Source: Candidatus Omnitrophota bacterium (GTDB lineage Bacteria > Omnitrophota > Gorgyraeia > Velamenicoccales > JABMQK01). From it: DNA of 64,000 bases. Position 1 is the first letter of the stretch. Each line of letters opens with the position of its first letter. This document shows positions 18,487 through 28,625 of the stretch, piece by piece. The notes beneath the pieces were generated by a model, which worked only from the letters and a program-made list of their open reading frames with translations, was not told the DNA's origin and made no database searches. The stretch spans positions 966,032 through 1,030,031 of the forward strand of contig JAQTSV010000001.1 in NCBI GenBank assembly GCA_028711115.1. The letters are read 5' to 3'. The position numbers and the translations under genes are program-made.

Positions 18487-19572
18487 TTATTTGGAGTTTA
18501 AAGTTATGTAGGATTGTCCTAAGCAAATTCCTGAATCATTTAACGGGACGTCTTTATTATAAATCAAATTATAACCTGCCCTTTTTAATTCTTTCGATGC
18601 GCAATCAAAAAGTAATTTATTCCCAAATACGCCGCCGCTTAAAACTACATCTTTCCAATTGTATCGCTGGCTAATCTTATCTACTACTTTTTTTATAACT
18701 TCAGCCAGGCCATTGTGAAATCTTCTGGCAATGTCTTTTTTGGCTAATCTATTATTTATATCGTTTAACATTGCTTTGATTAATTTATTATAACCGATTA
18801 TCCAACCATTTTCTTCTTCTGAAATATCGAATTCGTACGAACTATCGTCTGTGCTTTGTGCAGCCAATTTTTCTAATTCTATTGCTGCCTGGGCCGGGAA
18901 ATTTATTTTATGACAAATTCCCAGAATAGATGAAACCGCATCAAATAATCTTCCCGCGCTGGATGTAAGCGGAGAATTGATATTCTGTTTAATCATCTTA
19001 ATCAAAACCTCAAAATAACTACGGGATTTTAATTTCAGGAATTCCAAATCCTGCTTAAAAATCTCATCTTTCAAACAATCATAAATAATGCTGAATGCCA
19101 TTCTCAGCGGTTCATTGACAGCCAGTTCTGCTCCGGGCATGTTTAAATATTTAAAATGTGCCTGGCGCCTGAAATTACCTTTATCTACAATCATAAATTC
19201 ACCGCCCCAGATATTGCCGTCGCTGCCATAACCTGTTCCGTCAAAAGCCACGCCGATAACGGGATTGGTGATTTTATTCTGAGCTAACGCTGAAGCTATA
19301 TGGGCGTGATGGTGCTGGACAGCTATTTTTTTCTTTGCCTTAAGCAAACCAGCTAAGCTGGAACTAAAATATCCCGGGTGCATATCAAAAGCAATAACAT
19401 TGGGAATTATCTTAAGATTCAATAGCGATTTTTTGAAACTTTTGAAATTATCCAAACTGCTTAAATCTCCGAATTCCGGAGAGAAAATAAATTCTCCGTC
19501 CTTAAAAATGCAGAATCTGCTTTTTATGTCTGCCCCTAAAGCAAGTATGGTGGGATTATTTGCCGGCTTCAT
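18487..19572 (-). CDS. hypF: HypF-like protein, C-terminal (Kae1/ASKHA-like) domain only
   Basis: 361 aa. QHHHAHIAS and FDGTGYGSDGNIWGGEF motifs of the HypF C-terminal domain. No acylphosphatase, Zn-finger or YrdC-like segments. Confidence 0.75.
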   Translation of the reverse strand: MKPANNPTILALGADIKSRFCIFKDGEFIFSPEFGDLSSLDNFKSFKKSLLNLKIIPNVIAFDMHPGYFSSSLAGLLKAKKKIAVQHHHAHIASALAQNKITNPVIGVAFDGTGYGSDGNIWGGEFMIVDKGNFRRQAHFKYLNMPGAELAVNEPLRMAFSIIYDCLKDEIFKQDLEFLKLKSRSYFEVLIKMIKQNINSPLTSSAGRLFDAVSSILGICHKINFPAQAAIELEKLAAQSTDDSSYEFDISEEENGWIIGYNKLIKAMLNDINNRLAKKDIARRFHNGLAEVIKKVVDKISQRYNWKDVVLSGGVFGNKLLFDCASKELKRAGYNLIYNKDVPLNDSGICLGQSYITLNSK

Positions 19573-20053
19573 TATTTCCTAAAATCTCCATAAAAATATT
19601 TCCCAATAAATTTAATTGTTTCCGTAATGGCGCAGAAATATCTTTGCCGAATTCCAAACTCTGAGGTTGTATCCCCAATAAAAATATTTTTGTTTTAATC
19701 TGGCTCTTTATATTTTCTATCATCAATTTTGGCGACATATTGTGCGTGGAGAATCCGTACTCCGGTATCTGTTCTTCACCGATCAAGCGGATGGCTGCGA
19801 CCGGTTCATTCATGCTCACGGCATCAACCAACAGAATCACATCGGGTTTGAACCTGACAATACTTCCCATATAATTCTCCGGGCTCAAGCCTGCATCCAG
19901 GCATTCGGCTTTTATCTTGCCTTTTATTTTATTGATTAATGCCGGGCCGAAACCGTCGTCTGCCCTTAATTGATTGCCTATACCGACAATCAATACCTTT
20001 CCTTGAAATAATCTGGGTAATTCTTTTCTGAGGTCTTCCGGATTCAGGGGCAT
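19556..20053 (-). CDS. Hydrogenase maturation endopeptidase (HycI/HyaD family)
   Basis: 165 aa. VLIVGIGNQLRADDGFG and LLVDAV motifs. Confidence 0.85.
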   Translation of the reverse strand: MPLNPEDLRKELPRLFQGKVLIVGIGNQLRADDGFGPALINKIKGKIKAECLDAGLSPENYMGSIVRFKPDVILLVDAVSMNEPVAAIRLIGEEQIPEYGFSTHNMSPKLMIENIKSQIKTKIFLLGIQPQSLEFGKDISAPLRKQLNLLGNIFMEILGNNEAGK

Positions 20054-20095
20054 GTTTTAAACCTCGCTAAAAACTTACTCCGCCAATATAAAATA

Positions 20096-20707
20096 TTATA
20101 TTTTCTCCGTGGTCAGAGTAGTTTTTCTTCGGCACCTCGCACAGACTATCTTCATCCTGTCTGAGCGCGATGAAATATTGACTGCAGATTTTACATCGTC
20201 GTCGGATATTCCCAGTTCTTTTAATCTGGTCATATAAAGGGTGGGATTGGAATACGCGAGTTCGCCAAGTTCTTTGGCAATCCAAATTATGTGGTCTTTG
20301 CAACCGATGGCAGCGCCGCAAACCTCGCATAACAAAAGTTCCTTCTCTATCGATTCTTCGCAATTTCTTCTGTCGAACATAGAAAGTTCCCATTCATTGG
20401 ATAATTTTATTCCCTCTTTAGTAATGCAATAGGCCTGGCATTGGCCACAAAAAATACAGGTATCAGAATAGTGGATCATCGTCCTTTTGGGCGGCTTATC
20501 TTCCAAAGAATCTCTGTGGGCGATAGCGCCTACCGGACAGACATTTTCACAGGCCAGGCAACCCACGCATATATCCTGATTGTATTTGGGCCTGCCCCTG
20601 AAATTCGGATGCGGCTTATGAGTTTGCCGCGGAAACTTGGAAGTGTATGGGCCTTTTATCAAGGCTACCACCGCTTCCTTTAGCTCTCTTAATTTAGGAT
20701 ACTTCAT
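20096..20707 (-). CDS. NuoI/MbhN-like 2x[4Fe-4S] hydrogenase subunit with Cys-rich C-terminal extension
   Basis: 203 aa. CVGCLACENVCP and CIFCGQCQAYC cluster motifs, with extra CEVCG...CARCRR pairs. Confidence 0.75.
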   Translation of the reverse strand: MKYPKLRELKEAVVALIKGPYTSKFPRQTHKPHPNFRGRPKYNQDICVGCLACENVCPVGAIAHRDSLEDKPPKRTMIHYSDTCIFCGQCQAYCITKEGIKLSNEWELSMFDRRNCEESIEKELLLCEVCGAAIGCKDHIIWIAKELGELAYSNPTLYMTRLKELGISDDDVKSAVNISSRSDRMKIVCARCRRKTTLTTEKI

Positions 20708-21036
20708 TATTCCTTCTTATCCTCTGCATATTTATCGCAAACAGACTTAACCCACAATTTTACGCCTGAACGGTGCGCAGCCCCAGCCAAGGCATGTGCA
20801 GAAACAGGTGCGGTTAAAATAATGAAACCAATGCACAAAAACGCCTTTATCCCCATTGATGAAAAACCATTAAATAAAAATAAACCGAATAATATGCTGA
20901 CTGTGCCCAGGGTCACACACTTAGTTGAAGCCTGAAGACGATTATAGACATCAGGCAGGCGTATTAAACCCAGACAACCGAAGAAATCAAATATTATCCC
21001 GACAAATATGAAAATAATCCCTATGGTCTCATTCAT
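20707..21036 (-). CDS. Mrp antiporter-like subunit G (MnhG/MbhC-like)
   Basis: FGCLGLIRLPDVYNRLQASTK motif. Start moved to ATG 21036 (MNETIGII). The track's longer ORF overlaps the MnhF-like gene. Confidence 0.75.
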   Translation of the reverse strand: MNETIGIIFIFVGIIFDFFGCLGLIRLPDVYNRLQASTKCVTLGTVSILFGLFLFNGFSSMGIKAFLCIGFIILTAPVSAHALAGAAHRSGVKLWVKSVCDKYAEDKKE

Positions 21037-21397
21037 CAAAATTCTTCCCTTCCAAATATTTCGCCAAAGCAAGTGTGCCGATAAAACTCTGTAAAGCCCA
21101 GGCAATAGCAATGTCGATATACCAGCTTCTCTTGGTAACCACTCCCAAAATTACACAGAATCCTACAACCAATATGCCCAAGATATCCAATGCCACCGCC
21201 CTATCAGCCGCAGTTGGACCTTTGAAGATGCGATACAGACAAAACATACCACACACAAATAAAATCAAGAAACTGTATTTTAACAATGGGGATTGCCATT
21301 CCAAAATTGAATTATTAGGATAAAATAATATCACCCAGTTAACTCCGATTAAAATAATCAGCCCTAAAAGCCAACGCATAAGTTTGTTTAATTTCAT
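21029..21397 (-). CDS. Mrp antiporter-like subunit F (MnhF/MbhB-like)
   Basis: 122 aa, 3 TM. GPTAADRAVALD motif. Confidence 0.7.
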   Translation of the reverse strand: MKLNKLMRWLLGLIILIGVNWVILFYPNNSILEWQSPLLKYSFLILFVCGMFCLYRIFKGPTAADRAVALDILGILVVGFCVILGVVTKRSWYIDIAIAWALQSFIGTLALAKYLEGKNFDE

Positions 21398-21888
21398 TCG
21401 AAAATCCTCTCCAAAATCTTCTCGAATTTCCTGACAATAGTTTTTGTCGCTTTATCGGTATCCGGACTCGCCACATCCATCCAGTGCACATAAATAAAAC
21501 CATTTTCTTTATCAATATCCACGCTTAAGGTCTCGCCTGTCAAAGTAATGGAATTAGCCAAAAGAGTCAAAGATATATCTTTTTTCAATTTCGTCCTTAC
21601 TTTTACAATACCCGGTTTTATAGGCACAAACGGATGTATCACCTTATAACTAACGCCGATATTTGCCTTCAGCCACTCCCATAAAAATACAGGGATATAA
21701 TATAAAAACCACAGATAACGGCTGGGGCGTTTTAAAATATTCACGCGGCCGACAAACATATCGCCCATAAAATAAACCACTAATGCCGATACGATAATCC
21801 CTGCCAATATATGCTGAATATCAATAGGCCAAGATAAACCCAGCCAGATTACAAATACCACGATAAATAAAACTACCCAACTTCTCAC
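21394..21888 (-). CDS. Mrp antiporter-like subunit E (MnhE/MbhA-like)
   Basis: 164 aa, 2 N-terminal TM plus a soluble domain. Position and size within the Mrp gene order support the call. ATGA overlaps on both sides. Confidence 0.65.
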   Translation of the reverse strand: MRSWVVLFIVVFVIWLGLSWPIDIQHILAGIIVSALVVYFMGDMFVGRVNILKRPSRYLWFLYYIPVFLWEWLKANIGVSYKVIHPFVPIKPGIVKVRTKLKKDISLTLLANSITLTGETLSVDIDKENGFIYVHWMDVASPDTDKATKTIVRKFEKILERIFE

Positions 21889-23372
21889 AAAACTCCTCCC
21901 AAAACAGTAAAGGCATAATTAGTTCCCAGCAACAAAACACTAACCGCTGGTTTTAAGAAATATACTAAAATTCGGGGAATAAATAAAATACCTCCCAATA
22001 AACATAAAACCGCCAGGACAATCATAGCTAAACGCATAGAAACAGGGACTTCTTTAATTTTATCGAATGCCGGATTTAATTTGCCGTAAAAAATAACCTT
22101 CTGTACTTTCATAAAATAAGCCAGGGTTATAATGCTGCCTGCCACAGCTATCAAGGCCAGCCCTATGCGATTTGCCTGGACGCAGGCAATAATTATAAGC
22201 AGTTTGCTCCAGAAGCCACTAAAAGGCGGAATGCCGGAAATAGACAGCGAGGCAATCCACGACGTGTTTGCCGTTATGGGCATTTTTTCTTTCAGTCCGC
22301 CCATTTCTTTTAAATTTCTGCAGCCTGTGGCATATTCTATGGCACCTGAATTAAGAAACAATAATGACTTAAATACCGAATGATTGAATAAATGGAAAAG
22401 ACCTCCCAAAATTCCCAAAGGCGTGGCTAAACTCAAACTCAATATTACATAACCAATCTGGCTGATAGAAGAATACGCCAACAGCCTCTTCAAATCCCAT
22501 TGGCCGATTGCTAAAATTGCTCCTACCAATATGGAAATTGCTCCTAATATCGCCAAAATCATCAGTATAATTTGGTTAACGCCGAAAATATTAAAAAATA
22601 TTCTCACCAGCGAATAAATTCCCAATACCTTAATCAATACTCCTGAAAGCATCGCTGAAACAGCTGCCGGCGCAGATGAATGGGCATCAGGGAGCCAGCC
22701 GTGGAACGGCACCAAAGCGCTCTTTGTGCCGAATCCGGCAATAAACAATACGCTCACCAAAAGAATTACCGTGTTAAAACCCTTATGGGCAATGGCCAGA
22801 GAAATATCCGCCATATTCAAAGTCGATGTATAGGCGTATAGCAAACCTATACCCAAAAGGATAAAACTGGCTGCGATGGCTCCCATCACAATATATTTGA
22901 AAGCAGCCTCCAGCTCTTCTGCCTCAGTCCCAAATGCAACCAGGGCATAACTGGCAACAGAAGCAATCTCCAAACATACAAATAAATTAAAAATATCTCC
23001 GGCAAGAATCACGCCATTCATACCGGTAATCATACACATAAACAAACAATAAAATCTGTATTTATCTGTGTATTTTTCCATATACGCCAGTGCATAGATA
23101 GCTACGATAAAAGATATGAAATTCAATACCAATAACATAAACGCGCTGAATCCGTCCAGAACCAGACAAATCCCCAGGGGAGGAATCCAGCCGCCAATAT
23201 TGTAGACGATTACGCCGGATTTATTGACCAGATACAGCGCATACAAAGACAGCAAAAACAAACTAAGCGTGGCAAGAATACTTGTCAAATGACAGAATAA
23301 CTTAGATTTTCTGCCGAACATGGCTATGAGAAACGCTGCGGCCAAAGATATGATAAAAAATAAAACTAACAT
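21885..23372 (-). CDS. Mrp subunit D / NuoM-N-like proton-conducting membrane subunit (MbhH-like)
   Basis: 495 aa polytopic. WLPDAHSSAPAAVSAMLSG and SSISQIGY motifs of the NuoL/M/N family. Confidence 0.85.
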   Translation of the reverse strand: MLVLFFIISLAAAFLIAMFGRKSKLFCHLTSILATLSLFLLSLYALYLVNKSGVIVYNIGGWIPPLGICLVLDGFSAFMLLVLNFISFIVAIYALAYMEKYTDKYRFYCLFMCMITGMNGVILAGDIFNLFVCLEIASVASYALVAFGTEAEELEAAFKYIVMGAIAASFILLGIGLLYAYTSTLNMADISLAIAHKGFNTVILLVSVLFIAGFGTKSALVPFHGWLPDAHSSAPAAVSAMLSGVLIKVLGIYSLVRIFFNIFGVNQIILMILAILGAISILVGAILAIGQWDLKRLLAYSSISQIGYVILSLSLATPLGILGGLFHLFNHSVFKSLLFLNSGAIEYATGCRNLKEMGGLKEKMPITANTSWIASLSISGIPPFSGFWSKLLIIIACVQANRIGLALIAVAGSIITLAYFMKVQKVIFYGKLNPAFDKIKEVPVSMRLAMIVLAVLCLLGGILFIPRILVYFLKPAVSVLLLGTNYAFTVLGGVL

Positions 23373-23373
23373 A

Positions 23374-23712
23374 TTATCCTTTTAGCTTCCTTATCTTGGT
23401 AATATCGAAAGTATTGTATTTATCAAAAATCTTTATGGCTATTGCTACCAATAAGGCCAACACCGAAAGCCCTATGACGATAGAAATCAAAATCAATTCC
23501 TGCGGGATAGGATCTACCATTCTTAAGACTTCCTGGTTTTGCGACAATAAAGGAGCCCTTCCATGCCAACGGTAACCAATAAGAATAAAAAATAAATTAA
23601 CAGCATATTCCATAATGCTTATGCCAATAATTATCTTTATTATGTTTCTCCTTCTTAAAACACAATAAAGCCCGATACTAAACAATACCAAACATAAAAA
23701 ATAAACGCTCAT
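23374..23712 (-). CDS. Mrp subunit C / NuoK-like (MbhG-like)
   Basis: 112 aa, 3 TM, in the Mrp gene order. Confidence 0.7.
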   Translation of the reverse strand: MSVYFLCLVLFSIGLYCVLRRRNIIKIIIGISIMEYAVNLFFILIGYRWHGRAPLLSQNQEVLRMVDPIPQELILISIVIGLSVLALLVAIAIKIFDKYNTFDITKIRKLKG

Positions 23713-24170
23713 TCTTCCTTCTTTGCTCTCTTGAGAATCACCAACACTATAAAAATCGAAAACAATCCCACTGCCACCTTAATCGCTATGGCGATATTAT
23801 AAAAAGGAATTGTGCCTGCGCTGAATAAAGTAAAAGGCCTGCCTTTGCTGGCAAAGAAATTGATTAAAAAGTGCCCGCCTAAAAAACCCAATGCGGCAAT
23901 GGTCAAAAATAATAAACCGCCCACGCTTTCTAAAACAGCTGCCTTTGCTTCTGATAATTTTCTTAAAGCAATATCTTTACCGAAAGCAATCATAACCTGG
24001 ACAAATGATAAGGCAATAATTAAGCCGCCGGCGAATCCGCCACCGGGGCTGATATGGCCGTGCAAGACAATATAAATTCCAAAAAGCAGAATCACCACCG
24101 CTGTCAGGCGCGTTACAGTCTTTACCATAAAACTCATACCTATTTCTTCTTTTTTGTTTGAATCAACCAT
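23709..24170 (-). CDS. Mrp subunit B-like (MnhB domain)
   Basis: 153 aa. HGHISPGGGFAGG motif. Confidence 0.75.
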   Translation of the reverse strand: MVDSNKKEEIGMSFMVKTVTRLTAVVILLFGIYIVLHGHISPGGGFAGGLIIALSFVQVMIAFGKDIALRKLSEAKAAVLESVGGLLFLTIAALGFLGGHFLINFFASKGRPFTLFSAGTIPFYNIAIAIKVAVGLFSIFIVLVILKRAKKEE

Positions 24171-24171
24171 A

Positions 24172-24699
24172 TCAGGCCCTTGGTTTATTCCTGCCGATTT
24201 TACGCATAACCGCAGCCACTCCTATGACAGCTGCAAACAGAATTGTTGCCTCGCCTAAAGTATCATATGCACGGAAATCTAAAATTACAGATGTAATAAA
24301 ATTTGTGGCGCCTGTTTTATCCAGACTGCCGGTCAAAATCTCCTTGGCTATTTTCATTTCCGGATTGCCAAAAACAGAAATTTCCTTTAGTGCTAAGAAT
24401 ACAAATATTAAAAATATCACTATAAAACAAAGTGTAGAGAATGTATTAAAAAACCATCTTCCGTCTCTAACCAAAGGCAGGTCCTGCTTTAAGGTAGCTC
24501 TTATCAAAATAATCAAGCAGAGAATTTCTGCCACCAATTGCGTGATCGCCAGATCCGGAGCCTTAAGCAGTAAAAATCCCAGACATAAACCTATTCCCAC
24601 CGTTCCCAAGGCAATAACGCTGGAAATCATATCCTTGGCTTCCACGGCGATGATTGCCGCGGATATCATAAATAATAAGAGTAACTGAAGTTCTAACAT
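24172..24699 (-). CDS. MbhD/MbhE-like membrane subunit (MrpA C-terminal / MrpB N-terminal-like)
   Basis: 175 aa polytopic. DLAITQLVAE and ILDFRAYDTLGE motifs. Confidence 0.65.
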   Translation of the reverse strand: MLELQLLLLFMISAAIIAVEAKDMISSVIALGTVGIGLCLGFLLLKAPDLAITQLVAEILCLIILIRATLKQDLPLVRDGRWFFNTFSTLCFIVIFLIFVFLALKEISVFGNPEMKIAKEILTGSLDKTGATNFITSVILDFRAYDTLGEATILFAAVIGVAAVMRKIGRNKPRA

Positions 24700-24700
24700 A

Positions 24701-26524
24701 TCACAAAATAACTAGCATTATCACAATCATTCCCAGCAATATCCACACGCAATAAGTGGGAAGTATCCCGTTATGCAGATAACTAAATAAAGAACTTACG
24801 CCAAATACCGCTCTCTTTCCCATTTCGTAAATATCAAACAATTTCTCTTCTGCCCTTTTATATAAAAATTGCAACAGGGGAATCTCTCTTACTGTATTGT
24901 AAAATTCTGCGCCTGAAGGATTCATTTGCGGATTCTTTTCCAAATCTTCACCGCCGATAAATTGCCTGACTTCCCTGGATTTTAGGCTGCCTAAAAGATA
25001 AATTATAAATCCGATTAATAAACCCACCAATATTAGTATCGTGGCCAAGGATGAATTCCACATACCGCTGAAAGTTAAATGCGTCTGCATGCTGGGCACG
25101 ATAAATAATCTGAGCGGAATCTGCGTGGCCCATACGCCGAAAATAATACACAGGCCAGCTAAAATAACCGGTGCTATATTCATTACAGCCGGTACTTCTT
25201 TTGCATCGTCTATTTTCTTAGCGGAAGGCTGACCCAGGAAAATCGCGTGTATCAGTTTCATAAAACTTGCCAGCGTTAATGCGCTGCCAAACATGGCCAC
25301 AGAAAGCCACAAAGGCCACAACTTTGTCCCCGTCTTGCCCAACTCTATAATCCCCTGATAGATCATCCACTTGGATACAAAACCGTTAAAAGGCGGAATG
25401 CCTGAGATGGAAAACGAGGCAATGGCAAAAGCAATAAAAGTAACTGGCATGAATTTTGCCAATCCGCCTAATTTACTCAAATCATCTGTCTTGGCCCGAT
25501 ACTCTACATTGCCGCCCGAAAGAAAGAGGCAACTTTTATAAACTGCGTTATTTAACATATGGAATAAACCTCCGGCAATGCCGATAGGATTAGCAGTGCC
25601 GATTCCTAAAATCATATAACCGACCTGGCTGACAGCATGATAAGATAACAATTTCTTAAAATTATGCTGCACCAAAGCCATCATTACTGCGGCAATAATT
25701 GTAATTGAACCTATAATCATTAAAAATAAGCTTATTGCTGAATTGGGCTGAATGTCAAAAATATTCACGGAAATCCTGAACAAAAGATATATGCCCAAAA
25801 GCTTATCTAAAGAAGCCGGCAAAAATGCCATAACCGGCGTAGGCGCAGTTTCTGCAGAATCCGGAATCCAGGTATGCAAAGGCATGGCGCCGGATTTGGC
25901 AAATGCGCCCAAGGCCAGGCAGATAAAAGAAAAAACTGCCAGATTATTAGTCAAAGGAATATGAATCCTGCTGATTTCCAAGAACGGGCTGAGCTGAAAT
26001 ACGGCGGCCATACCTAATAATATTAAGGCATCTGAACCGCCGATAATAATAAACGCCTTCTTTGCGCTTGCCGGTGCATCTTCTGTTCCCATGGCAATAA
26101 GCAGATATAAAGTTATCCCTAATACACCCCAGAATGTCAGAAATAACAAGAAATTATTGGAAATTACTGCACCGATAGAAGCAGAAATAGTCCAAAGCAC
26201 ATAGGCGTAATATTTATTTAATTCCTCTTTGTCTTTCATAAAACCCGAGGAATATAACACAATCAAAAAACCAAACAAACCTATAAACAGCGCAATAAAA
26301 GCAGAAAGATTATCCACCAGGAAATACTGGAGCGTATATATGTAGGAATTATCCAGATAAAACTTCGACTTCAGCATGAATACAGCGATACAAACGATAA
26401 AGGTCGCAAAAGAAGCAATAATGGCCAATGCGCAAGCCAGAGTTTTATTCTTCTTGGGCAGGATAAAAGAAACCAAACCCAAAATAAACGGCACAATCAA
26501 ACTCGATAAAAGCAGATTTCTCAT
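24701..26524 (-). CDS. MrpA/NuoL-like large antiporter-type subunit
   Basis: 607 aa polytopic. HTWIPDSAETAPTPVMAFL and LSYHAVSQVGYM motifs. Confidence 0.85.
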   Translation of the reverse strand: MRNLLLSSLIVPFILGLVSFILPKKNKTLACALAIIASFATFIVCIAVFMLKSKFYLDNSYIYTLQYFLVDNLSAFIALFIGLFGFLIVLYSSGFMKDKEELNKYYAYVLWTISASIGAVISNNFLLFLTFWGVLGITLYLLIAMGTEDAPASAKKAFIIIGGSDALILLGMAAVFQLSPFLEISRIHIPLTNNLAVFSFICLALGAFAKSGAMPLHTWIPDSAETAPTPVMAFLPASLDKLLGIYLLFRISVNIFDIQPNSAISLFLMIIGSITIIAAVMMALVQHNFKKLLSYHAVSQVGYMILGIGTANPIGIAGGLFHMLNNAVYKSCLFLSGGNVEYRAKTDDLSKLGGLAKFMPVTFIAFAIASFSISGIPPFNGFVSKWMIYQGIIELGKTGTKLWPLWLSVAMFGSALTLASFMKLIHAIFLGQPSAKKIDDAKEVPAVMNIAPVILAGLCIIFGVWATQIPLRLFIVPSMQTHLTFSGMWNSSLATILILVGLLIGFIIYLLGSLKSREVRQFIGGEDLEKNPQMNPSGAEFYNTVREIPLLQFLYKRAEEKLFDIYEMGKRAVFGVSSLFSYLHNGILPTYCVWILLGMIVIMLVIL

Positions 26525-27720
26525 CTGGCTCCTAATTTAGCCCTTATCTGTTCAGTCTTTCTTTGAGAAAGTTTTATCAAATCCTGCTGGGAATAGACTG
26601 TTTTATTTTTCTTGTTATTCGCATCGATTACCGTTACTCTTTCTGTGCAGCAATAACAAGGGTCAATCGCCGCCAAAATTATAGTGGCATCAGAAATTGT
26701 CTCGCCGATTAAGGCCTCTTTATAAGTAGGCAAATTCATATATGTGGGCGCTCTTACTTTATGCCTTACAGGCCTGTTGGTGCCGTCGCTTCTTACATAA
26801 TGAAAACATTCTCCCCGCGGCGCCTCGATATGCCCGATTCCTTCTCCGCAAGGAATATCTTTCACATTGTCATAGATAGGCCCTTTCGGCATTTTTTGCA
26901 TACATTCAATAACTATATTGATAGATTCCAGCGTTTCTAAAATTCTTACTACTGCCTTGGCAAACACATCTCCTTCTATCTGTGTAATAACATTCCATTT
27001 AACTTTGTCATAAGCAGCATAAGGATCGTCTTTTCTTACATCGTTGGCAATACCGCTTGCGCGCGCAGTCGGGCCCAAGGCGCAATAATCTATGCAATCC
27101 TGTTTTGTCAATACGCCCACGCCTTTTAATCTCGCGTGCAGAACCGGATCGTCCAGAACCGCTTTTTTAATCATCTGCACAAAATCTATGAGTTTATTTA
27201 ACCTGGTAATTACGCCGGCTAGAGATTTTTCTTCGAAATCCCTTCTTACGCCGCCCACTCTCATCATGGCATAATTATTTCTGTTGCCGCTCAATTCCTC
27301 AAATATATCCAAAACCGTTTCTCTCTCTTTCCATGCCCACATATAAACAGTATTGTATCCTAAGAAATGACCGGCTAAACCTATCCATAAAAGATGCGAA
27401 TGTATTCTTTCTAATTCTGCAATAATTGTCCTTATATAATTTGCACGTTCCGGCACAACACAATCATTACCTAAAATATCTTCTACGGCTCTTACATAAG
27501 CCAAGGGATGGCTGGTGGAACAAATTCCGCAGATTCTTTCCACCACAAAGGCCACCTGATCGAATGTCTTTAATTCCGAGAGCTTTTCGATGCCGCGGTG
27601 GTTATAGCCAATATTGGCAATTGCATCTACAATCTTTTCGCCCTCTACCACAAGCTGGAAAAACTCCGGTTCTTCTTGCAGAGGATGATAAGGCCCTATA
27701 GGGATTATTGTCTTTGCCAT
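26521..27720 (-). CDS. Group 4 membrane-bound [NiFe]-hydrogenase large subunit (MbhL/EchE/HycE/NuoD-like)
   Basis: 399 aa. Both Ni-Fe ligand pairs are present: RICGICSTSH near the N-terminus and DPCYCCTER near the C-terminus, followed by a 38-aa tail consistent with protease processing. Confidence 0.9.
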   Translation of the reverse strand: MAKTIIPIGPYHPLQEEPEFFQLVVEGEKIVDAIANIGYNHRGIEKLSELKTFDQVAFVVERICGICSTSHPLAYVRAVEDILGNDCVVPERANYIRTIIAELERIHSHLLWIGLAGHFLGYNTVYMWAWKERETVLDIFEELSGNRNNYAMMRVGGVRRDFEEKSLAGVITRLNKLIDFVQMIKKAVLDDPVLHARLKGVGVLTKQDCIDYCALGPTARASGIANDVRKDDPYAAYDKVKWNVITQIEGDVFAKAVVRILETLESINIVIECMQKMPKGPIYDNVKDIPCGEGIGHIEAPRGECFHYVRSDGTNRPVRHKVRAPTYMNLPTYKEALIGETISDATIILAAIDPCYCCTERVTVIDANNKKNKTVYSQQDLIKLSQRKTEQIRAKLGAR

Positions 27721-28194
27721 TTAAACTCCCCTATCTCTTATTGCGCCTTTATCCCACTCTTTGTAATCAGCCCTTAAAGGATATACGCCTTCGGGCCAAT
27801 CGTCAGAAAGCAACAACCTCTTTAGATTGGGATGACCTGTAAAATCTACGCCAATGAGCTCGTGTATTTCTCGTTCAATCCATTCCGCTCCTTTTATGAG
27901 CGGGGTTATGGAATCAACCTTGGGTTTGTCTCTGTCCAATTTTACCCTGATGGAAATTATGAGATTCAATCTCTCAATAGTAAAATGATAAATAATCTCG
28001 ATATTAAACCTTGTATCAATACCTGAGGCAATATTAAACCTCGCGCCTATATCCATAAAAAGGTATTCTGTTAATTCTTTTATATCTTTGGGGTCGATTT
28101 CAAAATAAACCCTGGTTTCAGATTTATCCAGGAAATCTTTTATGCTCTGTTTAAATTTTATCTTAATGCTTTTTAACAGTTCTTCTCTGTTCAT
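27721..28194 (-). CDS. NuoC/MbhK-like hydrogenase subunit
   Basis: 157 aa. AEWIEREIHELIGVDFTGHPN motif. Confidence 0.8.
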   Translation of the reverse strand: MNREELLKSIKIKFKQSIKDFLDKSETRVYFEIDPKDIKELTEYLFMDIGARFNIASGIDTRFNIEIIYHFTIERLNLIISIRVKLDRDKPKVDSITPLIKGAEWIEREIHELIGVDFTGHPNLKRLLLSDDWPEGVYPLRADYKEWDKGAIRDRGV

Positions 28195-28625
28195 TTTTTA
28201 TTTGCGTTGGCCTTTATCTTTTCAATTGCCTTTGCTATGCCGGCGATTATGGCCTCGGGCTTTGGAGGGCAACCGGGAATATAAACATCCACAGGTATTA
28301 TTTTATCCAAAGGCACCGGGCAATTATAAGAGTTTATAAACATCCCCCGCGAAAGAGAACACTCGCCGATTGCCACCACAATTACCGGCTTTGGCGCTTG
28401 CTCATAAATTTCCTTTATGCGCGGAATACATTTACGGTTTACAGAACCGGTGCAGACAAGCACGTCGGCGTGTCTGATGCTTCCCACCAACACCATGCCA
28501 AAACGTTCAATATCAAACCTCGGCGTCAAACAGTCCAAAATCTCAATATCGCAGTTATTACAGCTGCCTGTGGAAAGGTGAAATACCCAGGGTGATTTTA
28601 ATAAAGCTTTTAGTTTGATGCTCAT
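28191..28625 (-). CDS. NuoB/MbhJ-like hydrogenase small subunit ([4Fe-4S])
   Basis: 144 aa. GSCNNCDIE, AIGECS, IPGCPP cluster ligands. Confidence 0.85.
   Translation of the reverse strand: MSIKLKALLKSPWVFHLSTGSCNNCDIEILDCLTPRFDIERFGMVLVGSIRHADVLVCTGSVNRKCIPRIKEIYEQAPKPVIVVAIGECSLSRGMFINSYNCPVPLDKIIPVDVYIPGCPPKPEAIIAGIAKAIEKIKANANKK

Noticed and set aside
20067-20393. 108-aa minus-strand ORF overlapping the NuoI-like gene.
   Set aside because: It is an alternative frame of a gene with canonical 4Fe-4S motifs. It extends into the short gap only because of a chance start and has no recognisable features.
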